DNA of 48,896 bases from contig DAOUES010000096.1 of the NCBI GenBank assembly GCA_034430335.1, positions 1 to 48,896 on the forward strand. Reading direction: 5' to 3'. This document shows, piece by piece, positions 17,026 to 26,795 of the stretch. This stretch comes from Anaerolineae bacterium. Its GTDB lineage: Bacteria > Chloroflexota > Anaerolineae > Aggregatilineales > UBA3940. A program made the translations under genes and the position numbers. A model generated the notes under the pieces. That model ran no database searches. It was not told the DNA's origin and saw only the letters and a program-made list of their open reading frames with translations. Each line of letters starts with the position of its first letter. The first letter of the stretch is position 1.

Positions 17026-17691
17026 CTATGGATCGGGTTGCTTCGCTGCTATGAATAACAACACCTGGCTGCGGTCAAGGTTTTCGGTCACCATTCTCGA
17101 ATCGAACCCCGCCTTTTTGATCCGATCCTCGATGTCGCCGGGCCAGGGGCCTCTCTGCCCGGTGATGCGATACAACCATTCGAGCGCTTCGGCAGAGGGG
17201 CGCTTCGAGGTGAGTATACCATTGAACACGACGACCAGCCGTCCTTCCGGCGCGAGCACCCGGTGAACCTCGCGCAGCGTCGCCGGGTGGACGATGAATT
17301 CCGTCGGGAAGGTGCTGACCACCGTACCGACCGACTCCGGGGGCAGGGGGATCGATTTCGCGTCGGCCCGCACCAGCAGCGGATCATAGCCGGATTTCCT
17401 CAGCCGTCTCCGGGCAATCCGGCCCATATACGGCGAGCGGTCAAGGCCGATGGCCGTGTATCCCGCCTCGATCAGATCGCGGTGAAAGACGGCTGTCCCG
17501 TGTGCCAGTTCGAGAACGGGTTTACCCGGCGCAGCGTCGATATGTTTGAGTGCGGTCTTTTGCCAGTCGTGCCACTGGCCCAGCGACACGACCCGGCTGA
17601 CCAGATCATACGTCCAGGCCATCTCATTGTACAGCAGCCGGAACCCAAATCGGATCGATCCCCACCAGATGCGTGACAGTGCTTTCATCAA
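17026..17691 (-). CDS. Class I SAM-dependent methyltransferase
   Basis: VLELAHGTAVF (motif I) ..GLDRSPYM.. and VVSTFP fit a Methyltransf_11-like pattern. Confidence 0.8.
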   Translation of the reverse strand: MMKALSRIWWGSIRFGFRLLYNEMAWTYDLVSRVVSLGQWHDWQKTALKHIDAAPGKPVLELAHGTAVFHRDLIEAGYTAIGLDRSPYMGRIARRRLRKSGYDPLLVRADAKSIPLPPESVGTVVSTFPTEFIVHPATLREVHRVLAPEGRLVVVFNGILTSKRPSAEALEWLYRITGQRGPWPGDIEDRIKKAGFDSRMVTENLDRSQVLLFIAAKQPDP

Positions 17692-17731
17692 TCAGTCCGT
17701 TTTAAATAGATCGTATCAAACAAAGCCAACC

Positions 17732-17901
17732 CTTGATCGCCCCCAAACTGCCCCCTGAAAGGGGGAAGTGCCGCGAAGCGGCAAAGGGGGCTGGGGAGAT
17801 GACCGACGTAGTCGGCCAGAGGGGGTGCTCCGCCACGCCCAGAATCAAGTGCTTCTTGATCGCCCCCAGGTTTGGGGGAGATGTCGCGTAGCGACAGAGG
17901 G
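17732..17901 (+). repeat. Two adjacent REP-like GC hairpin modules (family B)
   Basis: Both units begin with cttgatcgccccc (17732 and 17855). They contain the hairpins ccGCGAAGCgg, cgacGTAgtcg and tcGCGTAGCga, bracketed by C5/G5 runs. Confidence 0.75.
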
Positions 17902-17922
17902 GGACGACTCGTCACTAGAGTT

Positions 17923-18774
17923 CTACTTCAAATCCCCGAAATTGATCAACTGCACGAACGACGAATTGATCACTTCCCTTGCGCTGGGGTGAACCAGCGC
18001 GGCCAGTTCATCAGCCCGCCGGTCGTTATATGATGACACACTGCGCAGTTCGTCATCGACTTCCGCCGGGTGGCACATCAACTCGCTGATTCCTTCCTCC
18101 AGGTCGAGGATAATCAGCAGCAAATGGCCGAGCGTTGCGCTGTCTCCATAGAAACTGCCGGTGAAATGATCGGGTGCGGATACCCCTCCGCCGGTCAGGA
18201 TCGCATTTAACTCCTCGATAAGCTGCGGCATCTTTTCCTTGCCGTGAATCCTTGAATAGCTCCCCGCGAGATCGCCGTCAAGGATGTCTTTTCGTGCGGC
18301 AGAGTTGCGGTTCGGACAGTCCAGTTCCCGCGCTATCTCGACGAATAAGCTCGCCGTTTGCAGGCTTCTTGCGGCGATGTAGTGGTGATTGTCGAGGTGA
18401 TCCGGTGGATGGCCCATGATTGCCATGAACCGGTCGATCTGGGCTGTCAATTCTCGTTTCACCTGCCTGATATCGACCGATGCCAGCCTGTCGATCAGCG
18501 CGTCCGCGTCGAGGAATTCGCCGGTTGGTGTGACCAGGTCGGGAATTGCGTCGGGTGGGCTGACTGGCTTCCCGGCGGTGAGGTTCAGGTGAAGGCCAAT
18601 GCCGAGGTCGGGCGCTTCCTGCTGCGCCAGCCTGAGCGACTCTTCCGCGTACGGCATGTTGATCATCACACTGGTTGACGTGACGATCCCTTCCCGGTGC
18701 GCCTTGATGATCCCGCGTGAAACACCCGGTGTGAGTCCAAAATCATCGGCGTTGACGATCAGTCGGCGGAGCAT
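17923..18774 (-). CDS. ChbG/YdjC-family carbohydrate deacetylase
   Basis: LIVNADDFGLTPGVSRGIIKAHREGIVTSTSVM.. and HLN/HH motifs are typical of YdjC. Confidence 0.85.
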   Translation of the reverse strand: MLRRLIVNADDFGLTPGVSRGIIKAHREGIVTSTSVMINMPYAEESLRLAQQEAPDLGIGLHLNLTAGKPVSPPDAIPDLVTPTGEFLDADALIDRLASVDIRQVKRELTAQIDRFMAIMGHPPDHLDNHHYIAARSLQTASLFVEIARELDCPNRNSAARKDILDGDLAGSYSRIHGKEKMPQLIEELNAILTGGGVSAPDHFTGSFYGDSATLGHLLLIILDLEEGISELMCHPAEVDDELRSVSSYNDRRADELAALVHPSAREVINSSFVQLINFGDLK

Positions 18775-18835
18775 GAGCCTCCTCTCGATGGGATTCGGTT
18801 AGCGGCCAAAACTGTATTTCTGGATTGAGCAGACA

Positions 18836-18879
18836 ACAAAAAAGGGCAGGTCAGAACGCCAAAGGAGTCCGACCTGCCC
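18836..18879 (-). terminator. Rho-independent terminator of the AAA+ ATPase gene
   Basis: On the minus strand: GGGCAGGTC, 18-nt loop, GACCTGCCC, then TTTTTT. Confidence 0.65.
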
Positions 18880-18891
18880 GCAAACTCGATA

Positions 18892-20295
18892 CTACAGTTC
18901 GACGAAATACGCTTCGCAGGCGCGGTCGAGTAAATCCTTTGTCATTTTGAACGGTACTTCGAGATAACCGGCAATGTCCTTCATCTGGTCGATTAAGTCG
19001 CGGGGCTGGCTGCCGCGCAGCGGCCTATCGAGTTTGATATACCATTCCTGCAGGAGGTAAGCCAACATCTGGTCATCGTAAGGCAGCCCCCTGTTATTGG
19101 CCATTAGCTTGAAGATTTCCCGGTATTCTTCGAAAGTCGGGTCGACGATCTCGATCTTGTGACGGATGCGGCGTAGGAACGCTTCGTCCACCAGGTCGCT
19201 GGGGTCGAGGTTGGTTGAGAATACGATCAGCACGTCGAACGGCACTTCGATTTTTCGTCCGTTGGCCAATGTCAGGAAGTCAGCCCGCTTTTCGAGTGGA
19301 ACGATCCAGCGGTTCAGCAGGTCACGCGGACGTACCTGCTGGCGGCCAAAGTCGTCGATCAGCAGCATCCCGCCGTTTGATTTAGCCTGGAACGGGGCTT
19401 CGTAGTATTTGTTGATCGGATCGTAGACGAGGTCGAGTGTCTCGAGCGTCAGTTCGCCGCCGACCATGATCATCGGGCGCTTGATTTTGATCCAGCGCGG
19501 GTCGGGGCGCTGCGCCCCTGAGCCGGTTCCGGTGTAGGCCTCTTCCTCGACCGCCTCGTGGTTGACGCTGTCGTACATTCGGACGATCTGCCCATCCACG
19601 TCGATAGCATAGGGGATATACATCGTTGCGCCCAGAACCACCCGCCCAACCGATTCGCTGATGGTCGTTTTACCGTTGCCGGGAGGCCCATACAGGAAGA
19701 TCGACCGGCCAGAGTTGACCGCCGGGCCGACCTTTTCCATCACGTGCTGGCTGACGATCAGGTGCGAGAGCGCGTTGCCCATGATTTCTTTGGTGACGAC
19801 GACCCGTTTGTGCTGCTCAAGCACCGACTTGCAGTACACTTCGAGCGATACCGGGGCGGCACCGGCGTACTGGGATCGTTCGAGCGCCTCGCGTGCTTTG
19901 GCGATCCCCGCGCCGGTGATCATGAACTGGTATGCGCCTTCGCCAAAGCCGCCGCTGCCTCTGACTTCCACAAAGCGTTCTCGCTTGAGGAATTCCATCA
20001 CCTCGTCGATCACGCCGGTGAAGGGCAGGGCGACCGATTCGGCGACTCCATACCCTGACTTAAGTCCGCTGAAATACAGGACTTTAAGCACCAGTTCCGA
20101 TAAATAGAAAATATTCAACCCGGTATCGTCGATGCTCTTGACCGGGGGCGGCATCCAGTGTTCCCCGGTGCCAATTCCGTAGCGATCTTCTTGCTCGTGT
20201 GCAACTTGCTGTGCAAGCTGCTCCTGGGTGGTTTTTCGCTGCGCGGCCTGCTGCTGTGCGATTTGTGCCGCCGATGGCTTGATATTGCTGCTCAT
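18892..20295 (-). CDS. AAA+ ATPase, Mg-chelatase/MCM-like clade, with a Q-rich N-terminus and a wHTH-like domain
   Basis: Walker A GPPGNGKTT and Walker B MLLIDDFGRQ. LLNRWIVPLEKRADFLTLANGRKIEVPFDVLIVFSTNLDP resembles the ChlI/ComM-type segment, and FLRRIRHK resembles sensor 2. Confidence 0.8.
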   Translation of the reverse strand: MSSNIKPSAAQIAQQQAAQRKTTQEQLAQQVAHEQEDRYGIGTGEHWMPPPVKSIDDTGLNIFYLSELVLKVLYFSGLKSGYGVAESVALPFTGVIDEVMEFLKRERFVEVRGSGGFGEGAYQFMITGAGIAKAREALERSQYAGAAPVSLEVYCKSVLEQHKRVVVTKEIMGNALSHLIVSQHVMEKVGPAVNSGRSIFLYGPPGNGKTTISESVGRVVLGATMYIPYAIDVDGQIVRMYDSVNHEAVEEEAYTGTGSGAQRPDPRWIKIKRPMIMVGGELTLETLDLVYDPINKYYEAPFQAKSNGGMLLIDDFGRQQVRPRDLLNRWIVPLEKRADFLTLANGRKIEVPFDVLIVFSTNLDPSDLVDEAFLRRIRHKIEIVDPTFEEYREIFKLMANNRGLPYDDQMLAYLLQEWYIKLDRPLRGSQPRDLIDQMKDIAGYLEVPFKMTKDLLDRACEAYFVEL

Positions 20296-20663
20296 TGATC
20301 ACTTCCCTTGTCGTTATAGGGTTGATGGTTCTTTCTTGCGATAAAATCAGTGTTTGTAACGAATACAACCAACCGAAATTGTCTGCCGCCGATGATGCAG
20401 GTCGTTTCTGATGCGATTATATCATTGCCTAAAGTGGCGATACAAGCTTGAGACAGCCGGTTCAACTGTTTGTAAGGTTAAAGAAATCTAATAGTCGAGC
20501 CAACTGACAGTAGGGATTCCGTAGGGTTCGCTCTACGCACATGCGATAGAATGATAGTGTGATAAGCGGATACTGGTATAAAGTGTGGGCTGGTGCCCTC
20601 ATTTTTATGTATACGTTTTGATACGTTCGGGGTGAGCGGGGGAATTCCTCGCAGGAGACAGGT

Positions 20664-21323
20664 ATGATAGACCGCATTCACTGGCTGGGGCACGCCAGCT
20701 TCAGAATTAACGGGCCGCCGCATTCGGATGGGCCTGTGATTTATATCGACCCCTGGCGTTTACCCCCGCGTTCTCCTAAAGCGGATATCATCCTGGTCAG
20801 CCATGACCACCACGATCATTGTTCCCCTGAGGATATCGAGCAAATCACAAAAAAACGGACGGTGATCATCGCCAGCCCCCGCGCTGCCGACGTGATCGGC
20901 GGTGATGTTCACATCATGCGTCCCTGGCAGGTCGCCGCGAAGCTGCCGAAAGGCGTCTCGATCCGCACCGTTCCGGCCTATACCCTTGACCACGCCTATC
21001 ACGATCCGGCTTATGAGGGCCTGGGGTTTATCGTTTCGTGGCAGCGAAAGGATATCTATTTCGCGGGCGATACCGATCTGATCCCCGAAATGGCCCACAT
21101 TTGCTGCGATATTGCGCTGCTGCCGGTGGGCGGCGCTTACACGATGGGCGACGAAGATGCGGTTGAAGCGGTAAAACTGCTCAGGCCGAGCATCGCCGTC
21201 CCGATGCACTTTGGCCGCGAGATTCCGGGCAGCCGCGACAACGGGCGTCGATTTGTCCAGATGGTCAATGGTGGGACGCGGGCGGTCGAACTGCCAATCG
21301 AGAACGAGAAAATATTCGTCTGA
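20664..21323 (+). CDS. MBL-fold metallo-hydrolase (UPF0173-like)
   Basis: VSHDHHDH motif, about 219 aa, AGGAG RBS. Confidence 0.85.
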   Translation: MIDRIHWLGHASFRINGPPHSDGPVIYIDPWRLPPRSPKADIILVSHDHHDHCSPEDIEQITKKRTVIIASPRAADVIGGDVHIMRPWQVAAKLPKGVSIRTVPAYTLDHAYHDPAYEGLGFIVSWQRKDIYFAGDTDLIPEMAHICCDIALLPVGGAYTMGDEDAVEAVKLLRPSIAVPMHFGREIPGSRDNGRRFVQMVNGGTRAVELPIENEKIFV

Positions 21324-21343
21324 TTTATGTGATGGCGAGAATC

Positions 21344-21379
21344 AAAAAAGCCGGGATGCAGTTGAACATCCCGGCTTTT
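21344..21379. terminator. Bidirectional rho-independent terminator between the MBL gene and clpX
   Basis: aaaaa-agccgggatg-cagttgaa-catcccggct-ttt, a 10-bp perfect stem with an A-tract on one side and a T-tract on the other. Confidence 0.75.
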
Positions 21380-21394
21380 AGTTTATAGTGTTGC

Positions 21395-22678
21395 TCAGGC
21401 CACTTTCTCTTCGTCAGACCAGTGGAGCGGTTTCTCGTTTTCCGAGAGGATCAGCGGGCGGCTTTCCCCGTTGATCGCCTCTCTATTGACCACCACTGTC
21501 TTGATCTCTTCCCGTGACGGGATTTCGAACATCACGTCTAGCAGGCTCTGTTCGATGATCGAGCGCAGCCCGCGCGCGCCTGTTTCGCGTGCCATTGCCA
21601 GTTTTGCGGCTTCTTGCAGGGCATCGTCGGTGAATATCAGTTCGACGTTGTCCAGGCCAAACATTGCCTTGTACTGGCGAACCAGCGCGTTTTTGGGCTG
21701 GATCAGCACCTTGACCATCGAGTCCTGGTCGAGCGGGTCGACCGCCACCGAAACCGGCAGACGCCCGACCAGTTCGGGGATCATGCCGAAATCGATCAGG
21801 TCTTCTGGTGAGACTCTATGGAGGAGTTCGGCGGCAGAATAGTCCTGCCGGTCTGACGTGCCATAGAACCCCATCGATCCTTTCGATCCAACTCGCTTCC
21901 CGATGATCTCGTCCAGGCCAAAGAACGTCCCACCGCAGATAAAGAGGATATTCGTCGTATCGAGCTGGATGAACTCCTGGTGCGGGTGTTTTCTGCCACC
22001 CTGCGGCGGTACGTTGGCAACTGTCCCCTCGATGATTTTTAGCAGTGCCTGCTGCACGCCTTCACCGCTGACATCGCGGGTCAGTGATGGGTTGTCGCCG
22101 CTTTTACGCGCGGTCTTGTCGATCTCGTCGATGTAGATGATCCCGTGCTGCGCCCGCTTGATGTCGAAATCGGCGGCCTGTATCAGCCGGAGCAGGATAT
22201 TTTCGACATCCTCTCCGACATAGCCAGCCTCGGTCAGCGCCGTCGCGTCGGTGATGCAGAACGGCACATCCAGAATGCGCGCGAGTGTCTGGGCCAGCAG
22301 TGTCTTGCCGACCCCCGTCGGCCCGACGATGAGGATGTTGCTTTTGTCAAGTTCCACGTCATCCAGATAGCCGCCGGCCCGGACTCGTTTGTAGTGATTG
22401 TATACGGCAACTGAAAGAACCCGTTTCGCGCGGTCCTGCCCGATCACGTATTCGTTCAGGTGCTCGAATATCTTGTGTGGCGAAGGGAGCGGCTTGTTTG
22501 CCCCCCTGTCATCGGTGAACTGCGTGGTCATTTCCTCTTGTTCGAGGATTTCACGGCATAGATCGACGCACTCGTCACAGATAAACACGCCTTCTGGCCC
22601 GGAGATCAACCGTCGGACTTCGCCCTGTGGGCGGCGGCAGAATGAACAGTATTGTGGACCTGCTTGACCGGTATGCAT
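21395..22678 (-). CDS. clpX: ATP-dependent Clp protease ATP-binding subunit ClpX
   Basis: N-terminal zinc ribbon [14 protein letters not shown], Walker [18 protein letters not shown], and the pore loop/IGF region. Directly downstream of clpP. Confidence 0.97.
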   Translation of the reverse strand: MHTGQAGPQYCSFCRRPQGEVRRLISGPEGVFICDECVDLCREILEQEEMTTQFTDDRGANKPLPSPHKIFEHLNEYVIGQDRAKRVLSVAVYNHYKRVRAGGYLDDVELDKSNILIVGPTGVGKTLLAQTLARILDVPFCITDATALTEAGYVGEDVENILLRLIQAADFDIKRAQHGIIYIDEIDKTARKSGDNPSLTRDVSGEGVQQALLKIIEGTVANVPPQGGRKHPHQEFIQLDTTNILFICGGTFFGLDEIIGKRVGSKGSMGFYGTSDRQDYSAAELLHRVSPEDLIDFGMIPELVGRLPVSVAVDPLDQDSMVKVLIQPKNALVRQYKAMFGLDNVELIFTDDALQEAAKLAMARETGARGLRSIIEQSLLDVMFEIPSREEIKTVVVNREAINGESRPLILSENEKPLHWSDEEKVA

Positions 22679-22686
22679 AGGCTGCC

Positions 22687-23313
22687 CTAGCTTTCTGCTT
22701 TCTCAGGTGGTGCCAATACGCCATCGATCAGGCCGTATTCTACAGCCCGTTCAGCCGTCAGAAAGATATCACGATCAGTATCCTCAGCGATTTTTTCCAC
22801 ACTCTGGCCGGTATGAGCAGAGAGGATATGGTTCAATCGTTCTCTCAGGCGCAGGATTTCTTTCGCCTGGATTTCGATATCGGTTGCCTGCCCCTGCACC
22901 CCACCAAGCGGCTGATGCAGGTGGATGGTGGCGTTTGGAAGGGCATAGCGGCGTCCCGGTGCACCGGCGGTGAGCAGAACGGTGCCGAAACTGGCGGTGA
23001 ATCCAACGGCGACTGTGCTGATTGGGGCGCTGATCTGCTGCATCGTGTCATATATTCCCAGCCCGGCATAAATTTGCCCTCCGGGTGAATTGACGAACAT
23101 CTGGATTTCTCTATCGGGGTCTTCCCGGTCCAGGAAAAGCAGTTGGGCTACGACGATATTCGAAATCTGGTCTGTGATCGGGGTGCCGACAAATACAATA
23201 CGTTCCTTCAACAGCAGCGAGTAGATGTCATAGGCTCGTTCACCACGGCCAGTTGTTTCGACCACCATGGGTACAAGATTGTTCGGAATAGATAGGGTCA
23301 TATCCTGACGCAC
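22687..23313 (-). CDS. clpP: ATP-dependent Clp protease proteolytic subunit ClpP
   Basis: [35 protein letters not shown] (Ser)..HLHQP (His). Confidence 0.95.
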   Translation of the reverse strand: MRQDMTLSIPNNLVPMVVETTGRGERAYDIYSLLLKERIVFVGTPITDQISNIVVAQLLFLDREDPDREIQMFVNSPGGQIYAGLGIYDTMQQISAPISTVAVGFTASFGTVLLTAGAPGRRYALPNATIHLHQPLGGVQGQATDIEIQAKEILRLRERLNHILSAHTGQSVEKIAEDTDRDIFLTAERAVEYGLIDGVLAPPEKAES

Positions 23314-23338
23314 TCCTTTCGCAAGTGTCCGTCCTTGA

Positions 23339-24865
23339 CTATATCTCAGACTGGTCGGGATTGTCTGTTAGACTCTCGTCAGTATTTTCGTCGCCTTCGC
23401 TTTCGACGCTTTCTGGCTCCGGGGCTTCTTCGGCTTCGGCTGCCGGTTCTTCGACTGCCTCCGGCGTTTCTACCGGCGTTTCTTCTTCTGCCGGCGTTTC
23501 TTCGGGTTCTTCAGCGCCGATCTCAGGGGCCTCCCCCCTGGCAATCAGCACCAGCCGGTCGATGGCCTTGTCGACGATCAGCCGGTTGGAGATGTCACGT
23601 TTTGATTCGGGCGAAGAGAGAATCTGCTGTGCAACCGCTGCCTGGGCACCAAACGTCAGGCTCGCGTTTTTGATCTCCTCGCTGATGTCACTGTCGCTGA
23701 TCGAAAGTTTTTCGGCTTCGACGAGTTTGCCGAGGATGAGCATCTGCTTGACCTGCTGCTCGGCCCGCTCTTCCAGGTCTTCACGCATCTGGTCTTTGTC
23801 GATATTCCGGATACGCAGATACTCTTCGAGATTCAATCCCTGCTGCCGCAGTTCCTGATCGTAGCGTTCCATCATGTGAGCGATCTGGTCTTCGACCATG
23901 ACCGGGGGGTGCTTGATCTCCACCACCGATTCGATGAGATGTTCAAATATCGCAGCTACATAACGGTCGCGGGTAACCTCTTCCGCGTGTTTTTCAAGCT
24001 GGGAACGCACATCCGCGCGCATCGCTGCCAGGTCTTCATATTCTTCGTCGATGTCTTTGGCGAACTCGTCGTCCGGTTCTGGTAGATTCTGCACGTAGAC
24101 CGTATCGCAGGTCACCTCGAAGTGAACCGTCTTGCCCCGGAGCGCCTCCGGCATTTCCTCGTCGTCTTCTTCGAAGCTCATATCGAAGCTGCGCGACTCA
24201 CCCGCTTCCATCCCCACCACCTTCTCCGGGAAACCGGGAACGGGGTAGGTTGCCTCTTCATCGACCTTTACCCTGACGCTTTTTCGATTCACCCACGTCG
24301 ATGGCATTTCTTCGTCGTTTTCGTCGTCGTCTTCCTGCTCTGCGTCTCGAACCAGCGTCCCGACGATGTCCATCATGACGATGTCTCCCATCTGGGTCGC
24401 CCGTTCAACCGGATCGAGTGTGGCGGCCTGCTCGCGCCAGCCTTCAATCGTTTTCTCGACCATTTCGTCGGTGACTTCTTCGGCTTCGAACGGAAGCCGA
24501 ACTTCGCGATAGCCGTTCAGTTCTACTTCGGGGATGAGTGGGATGGTAAAAGTCAGCACGACCGGGTCGCGTGTGATATCGTCGAGCGAGCCGGGTGCAT
24601 AGGGTTCGATCTCGCTTTCTTTCAGCGCCTCGACATACACCGTCTGACCAAGCGATTCGAGGGCTTCGTCGAAGATCATTTCTTCGCCGTAATGCTGTGC
24701 GATGACCCGGTAGGGAGCTTTGCCCTTTCGGAAGCCGGGGATATTGACGTGCTTGCTGATCCGGCGCGCGGCGGCATTCATTTCCTGCTGAACGAGTTCT
24801 GGTTCAACTTCTACGACCAGTTTCACCTGGTGATTTTCAAGGATTTCGGTTTCGACTTTTGACAC
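23339..24865 (-). CDS. tig: Trigger factor with an acidic C-terminal tail
   Basis: [33 protein letters not shown] start the gene at the GTG at 24863-24865, which has an AAGGAAA RBS. The ORF-track start at 25048 would read through the tRNA-Leu gene. Confidence 0.92.
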   Translation of the reverse strand: MSKVETEILENHQVKLVVEVEPELVQQEMNAAARRISKHVNIPGFRKGKAPYRVIAQHYGEEMIFDEALESLGQTVYVEALKESEIEPYAPGSLDDITRDPVVLTFTIPLIPEVELNGYREVRLPFEAEEVTDEMVEKTIEGWREQAATLDPVERATQMGDIVMMDIVGTLVRDAEQEDDDENDEEMPSTWVNRKSVRVKVDEEATYPVPGFPEKVVGMEAGESRSFDMSFEEDDEEMPEALRGKTVHFEVTCDTVYVQNLPEPDDEFAKDIDEEYEDLAAMRADVRSQLEKHAEEVTRDRYVAAIFEHLIESVVEIKHPPVMVEDQIAHMMERYDQELRQQGLNLEEYLRIRNIDKDQMREDLEERAEQQVKQMLILGKLVEAEKLSISDSDISEEIKNASLTFGAQAAVAQQILSSPESKRDISNRLIVDKAIDRLVLIARGEAPEIGAEEPEETPAEEETPVETPEAVEEPAAEAEEAPEPESVESEGDENTDESLTDNPDQSEI

Positions 24866-25007
24866 AGTTATTTCCTTCAATGGTTGCAATTTTTCGATTA
24901 TATCATGGGCAGATTTGCGGTGCCATCGACCCGATCGCCTGCAAATCGGTGTCCCGACTCTGCACAAAGAACGAGGCTCTAGCTGTAGAGCCTCGTGGTC
25001 ACCGGTA

Positions 25008-25089
25008 TGGGGAAGGCGGGACTCGAACCCGCACGCCTTGCGGCACATGATCCTAAGTCATGCTCGTCTGCCAGTTCCGACACTCCCCC
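25008..25089 (-). tRNA. tRNA-Leu (anticodon TAG)
   Basis: Folded by hand: acceptor GGGGGAG/CTTCCCC, 3-bp D stem, anticodon stem CATGA/TCATG with loop CTTAGGA, a 13-nt variable arm, T arm GCGGG-TTCGAGT-CCCGC. No CCA is encoded. Confidence 0.9.
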
Positions 25090-25100
25090 AGGGCGTCGAT

Positions 25101-25130
25101 AGTATAGCCCACCTGGAATGGCAGATGCAA
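25101..25130 (-). promoter_or_regulatory. Candidate promoter of tRNA-Leu
   Basis: On the minus strand: TTGCAT, 18 nt, TATACT, ending about 11 nt before the tRNA 5' end. Confidence 0.5.
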
Positions 25131-25215
25131 TAAAACTGTATTATGCGGGGACTTTTGAACCTTCAGAATTTTGATAGGGCAACCCTGTTCAGCCCTCAAT
25201 AAAACCAACATCCCG

Positions 25216-25257
25216 CTCCCTCCACCTTGAGGGGGAGGGCTGGGGTGGGGGTGAAAA
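25216..25257 (+). repeat. Degenerate relative of the family A core
   Basis: ctccctccaccttgagggggagggctggggtgggggtgaaaac has the same ccctc..ttgaggg.gaggg...ggggtga layout as the A core. Confidence 0.5.
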
Positions 25258-25296
25258 CGTAGCCTTCAATTGCCCGACTATTTTCAAAATCTTCAA

Positions 25297-25320
25297 TAGC
25301 CCGGTGCTTCAGCGCCGGGA
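25297..25320 (-). repeat. Short hairpin repeat (family C), inverted copy
   Basis: The reverse complement, tcccggcgctgaagcaccgggcta, matches 48414-48437 at 23 of 24 positions. Confidence 0.6.
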
Positions 25321-25334
25321 ATGCGCCCCAACAG

Positions 25335-26795
25335 TTAAGGGAACTCATGCCGCGCCCACTGCATCGGGTCGACACGCACACCGTTGACTCGCATCTCCCA
25401 GTGCAGGTGAGCGGCGGTCGAAAGCCCCGTGCTGCCCACCGTCCCGATCCGCTGCCCGGCGGTCACGAATTCGCCGGGTTCGACCAGCATGTTCGATTGG
25501 TGCCAGTAGCCGGTATAGACCCCCCACCCGTGATCGATGATGATAACCTGCCCGCGAACCTGCAAAATGGTGGCGTCGACCACCACCCCCGCTGCTGGGG
25601 CGTAGATCGGCGTGCCGGATGGCGCGGCGAGGTCTGCCCCGGAGTGGTAGGAGTCGTAATCTCCGCCGTTGTATGATCGCAGGGTCCCAAATCCCGATGT
25701 AAAGGCCCCGGGAGCCGGGAGCCGGAATATCCCGTCCCAGTGCTTTTCGGATGTATAACCGGTCATCGTTTCATCGAGGTAAGCCAGCTCCGCTTCGACA
25801 GCTTCCTGATCGGTCAATACTGAATACACCTCGTCCGTCACGTTGATGACCTCGTAGCTGTAGTCACCATCGGTAACCAGGACATTGCGCGTGGTGGTGT
25901 CGCTTTCCCCGTCCTGGGTGGTGACAATCACTGTCAGCGGATAGTGTCCCGGAGCGGCGAACCGGTCGGTCGCGATCAACGCCGTGTAGTGATTCGCCGA
26001 TTCGGAAGCCGCCGGTATGTCGATCCCCATGAACGTGACCTGAACGGCGGCAGCTTGATCGGTTTCGACGTGCAGCGCCGTCGTCCGGCCCCGTTCGAGG
26101 GGTAGGGGGGAAAGCCTGATGGATGGCTTATTCACGACATCGACTTGATTGGAGGGAGCGTCAACCGGGAGCCTGATCAGCGAATGCCGGGCCAGCATCA
26201 CCGGGTTGTGTTCCTGGTTTTGAATCAGTATCGCCTGGATGCTGAGTTCGTTGGCGGCGGCGTAGCGCCAGATGCTGCCGCGCTCCGATGGCGCGATGAG
26301 CTGCTGAGGGCTGCCTGATGCGTCATCCGGTAGCCGCAGTTCCTGCCCGGCGAAGATCAGCGCCGGGTTGACGATCTGATTGATCCGGCCAAGCTCGTCG
26401 AGCGATACGGACGTGGCGGCGGCGATCTCGGTCAGTGTTTCTCCCAGGTTCACGACCATAATCTCGTCGGGTGCGTGAAACCGGTCGCGCTGGCCGAGCG
26501 GCACGACGAGGTGCTGCCCGGCGGCTGTGTCGTCATAGCGATCCATCGAATTGGCGCTTTTTAAGGCATATACCGTGCTGCCGTACCGCCTGGCGATGGA
26601 TTCCAACGTCTCCCCAGCCTGCACCACGTGGATGGTCGCCCCGGTTTGATCGCCGTCCCGTTGATCTGGCGGTGCAGCCAGAGTCGGCACGGCCATCAAC
26701 ATACTAGTGAGCAGGATGGCCGCCAGGGTGAAAATGCGCAGTGGGTTGACCTTATTCCGAAGGAGATTCAAAAGCCAGTCTATCACCGATCTCAA
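25335..26795 (-). CDS. LysM-domain M23-family peptidoglycan endopeptidase
   Basis: Signal peptide, two LysM repeats (HVVQAGETLESIARRYG and MVVNLGETLTEIAAAT), and an M23 domain with HSGADL and HLHWE. The start is uncertain (TTG at 26795 or GTG at 26786). Confidence 0.88.
   Translation of the reverse strand: MRSVIDWLLNLLRNKVNPLRIFTLAAILLTSMLMAVPTLAAPPDQRDGDQTGATIHVVQAGETLESIARRYGSTVYALKSANSMDRYDDTAAGQHLVVPLGQRDRFHAPDEIMVVNLGETLTEIAAATSVSLDELGRINQIVNPALIFAGQELRLPDDASGSPQQLIAPSERGSIWRYAAANELSIQAILIQNQEHNPVMLARHSLIRLPVDAPSNQVDVVNKPSIRLSPLPLERGRTTALHVETDQAAAVQVTFMGIDIPAASESANHYTALIATDRFAAPGHYPLTVIVTTQDGESDTTTRNVLVTDGDYSYEVINVTDEVYSVLTDQEAVEAELAYLDETMTGYTSEKHWDGIFRLPAPGAFTSGFGTLRSYNGGDYDSYHSGADLAAPSGTPIYAPAAGVVVDATILQVRGQVIIIDHGWGVYTGYWHQSNMLVEPGEFVTAGQRIGTVGSTGLSTAAHLHWEMRVNGVRVDPMQWARHEFP

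Noticed and set aside
24866-25048. The ORF-track extension of trigger factor (start at 25048).
   Set aside because: The extension reads straight through the tRNA-Leu gene (25008-25089). The GTG at 24865 with an AAGGAAA RBS gives the canonical trigger-factor N-terminus.
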